From IMG/VR virus record IMGVR_UViG_3300042309_002578, positions 32,001 to 96,000 of that record: a DNA stretch of 64,000 nt. One strand, written 5' to 3'. The DNA comes from a virus. This document shows positions 64,000 through 64,000 of the stretch, in pieces (position 1 is the stretch's first letter; every line of letters begins with the position of its first letter). A model generated the notes under the pieces. The model searched no databases and was not told where the DNA came from. It saw only the letters and a list, made by a program, of their open reading frames with translations. Made by a program: the position numbers and the translations under genes.

Positions 64000-64000
64000 A

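Overview
AT-rich 64-kb piece of a large, probably temperate or plasmid-like contractile-tailed phage of a cyanobacterium. About 30 HIP1 octamers (GCGATCGC) by hand count point to the host group. It encodes replication and nucleotide genes (RecD/Dda-like and SF2 helicases, cyanophage-type class I RNR alpha/beta, RecJ, RuvC-like resolvase, C5 methyltransferase, dTMP kinase, Nudix, FtsK), scattered virion genes (gpV spike, tube-like protein, a 1249-aa hub with three peptidoglycan hydrolase domains), tRNAs, IS200/IS605 remnants and many gene fragments. The most striking unexplained feature is a dispersed element present at 7 loci. It consists of tandem ~158-bp non-coding units plus a conserved ~290-bp leader that holds a sigma70-type promoter firing into the array, back-to-back with a second conserved promoter driving small-gene clusters. 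Other leads are a candidate ~420-nt structured ncRNA (60707-61120), a foreign ~1.7-kb patch (intein/terminase tail, tRNAs, RlaP-like fragment) and an RNR alpha lacking the catalytic Glu. All calls come from reading motifs by eye; no database searches were run.
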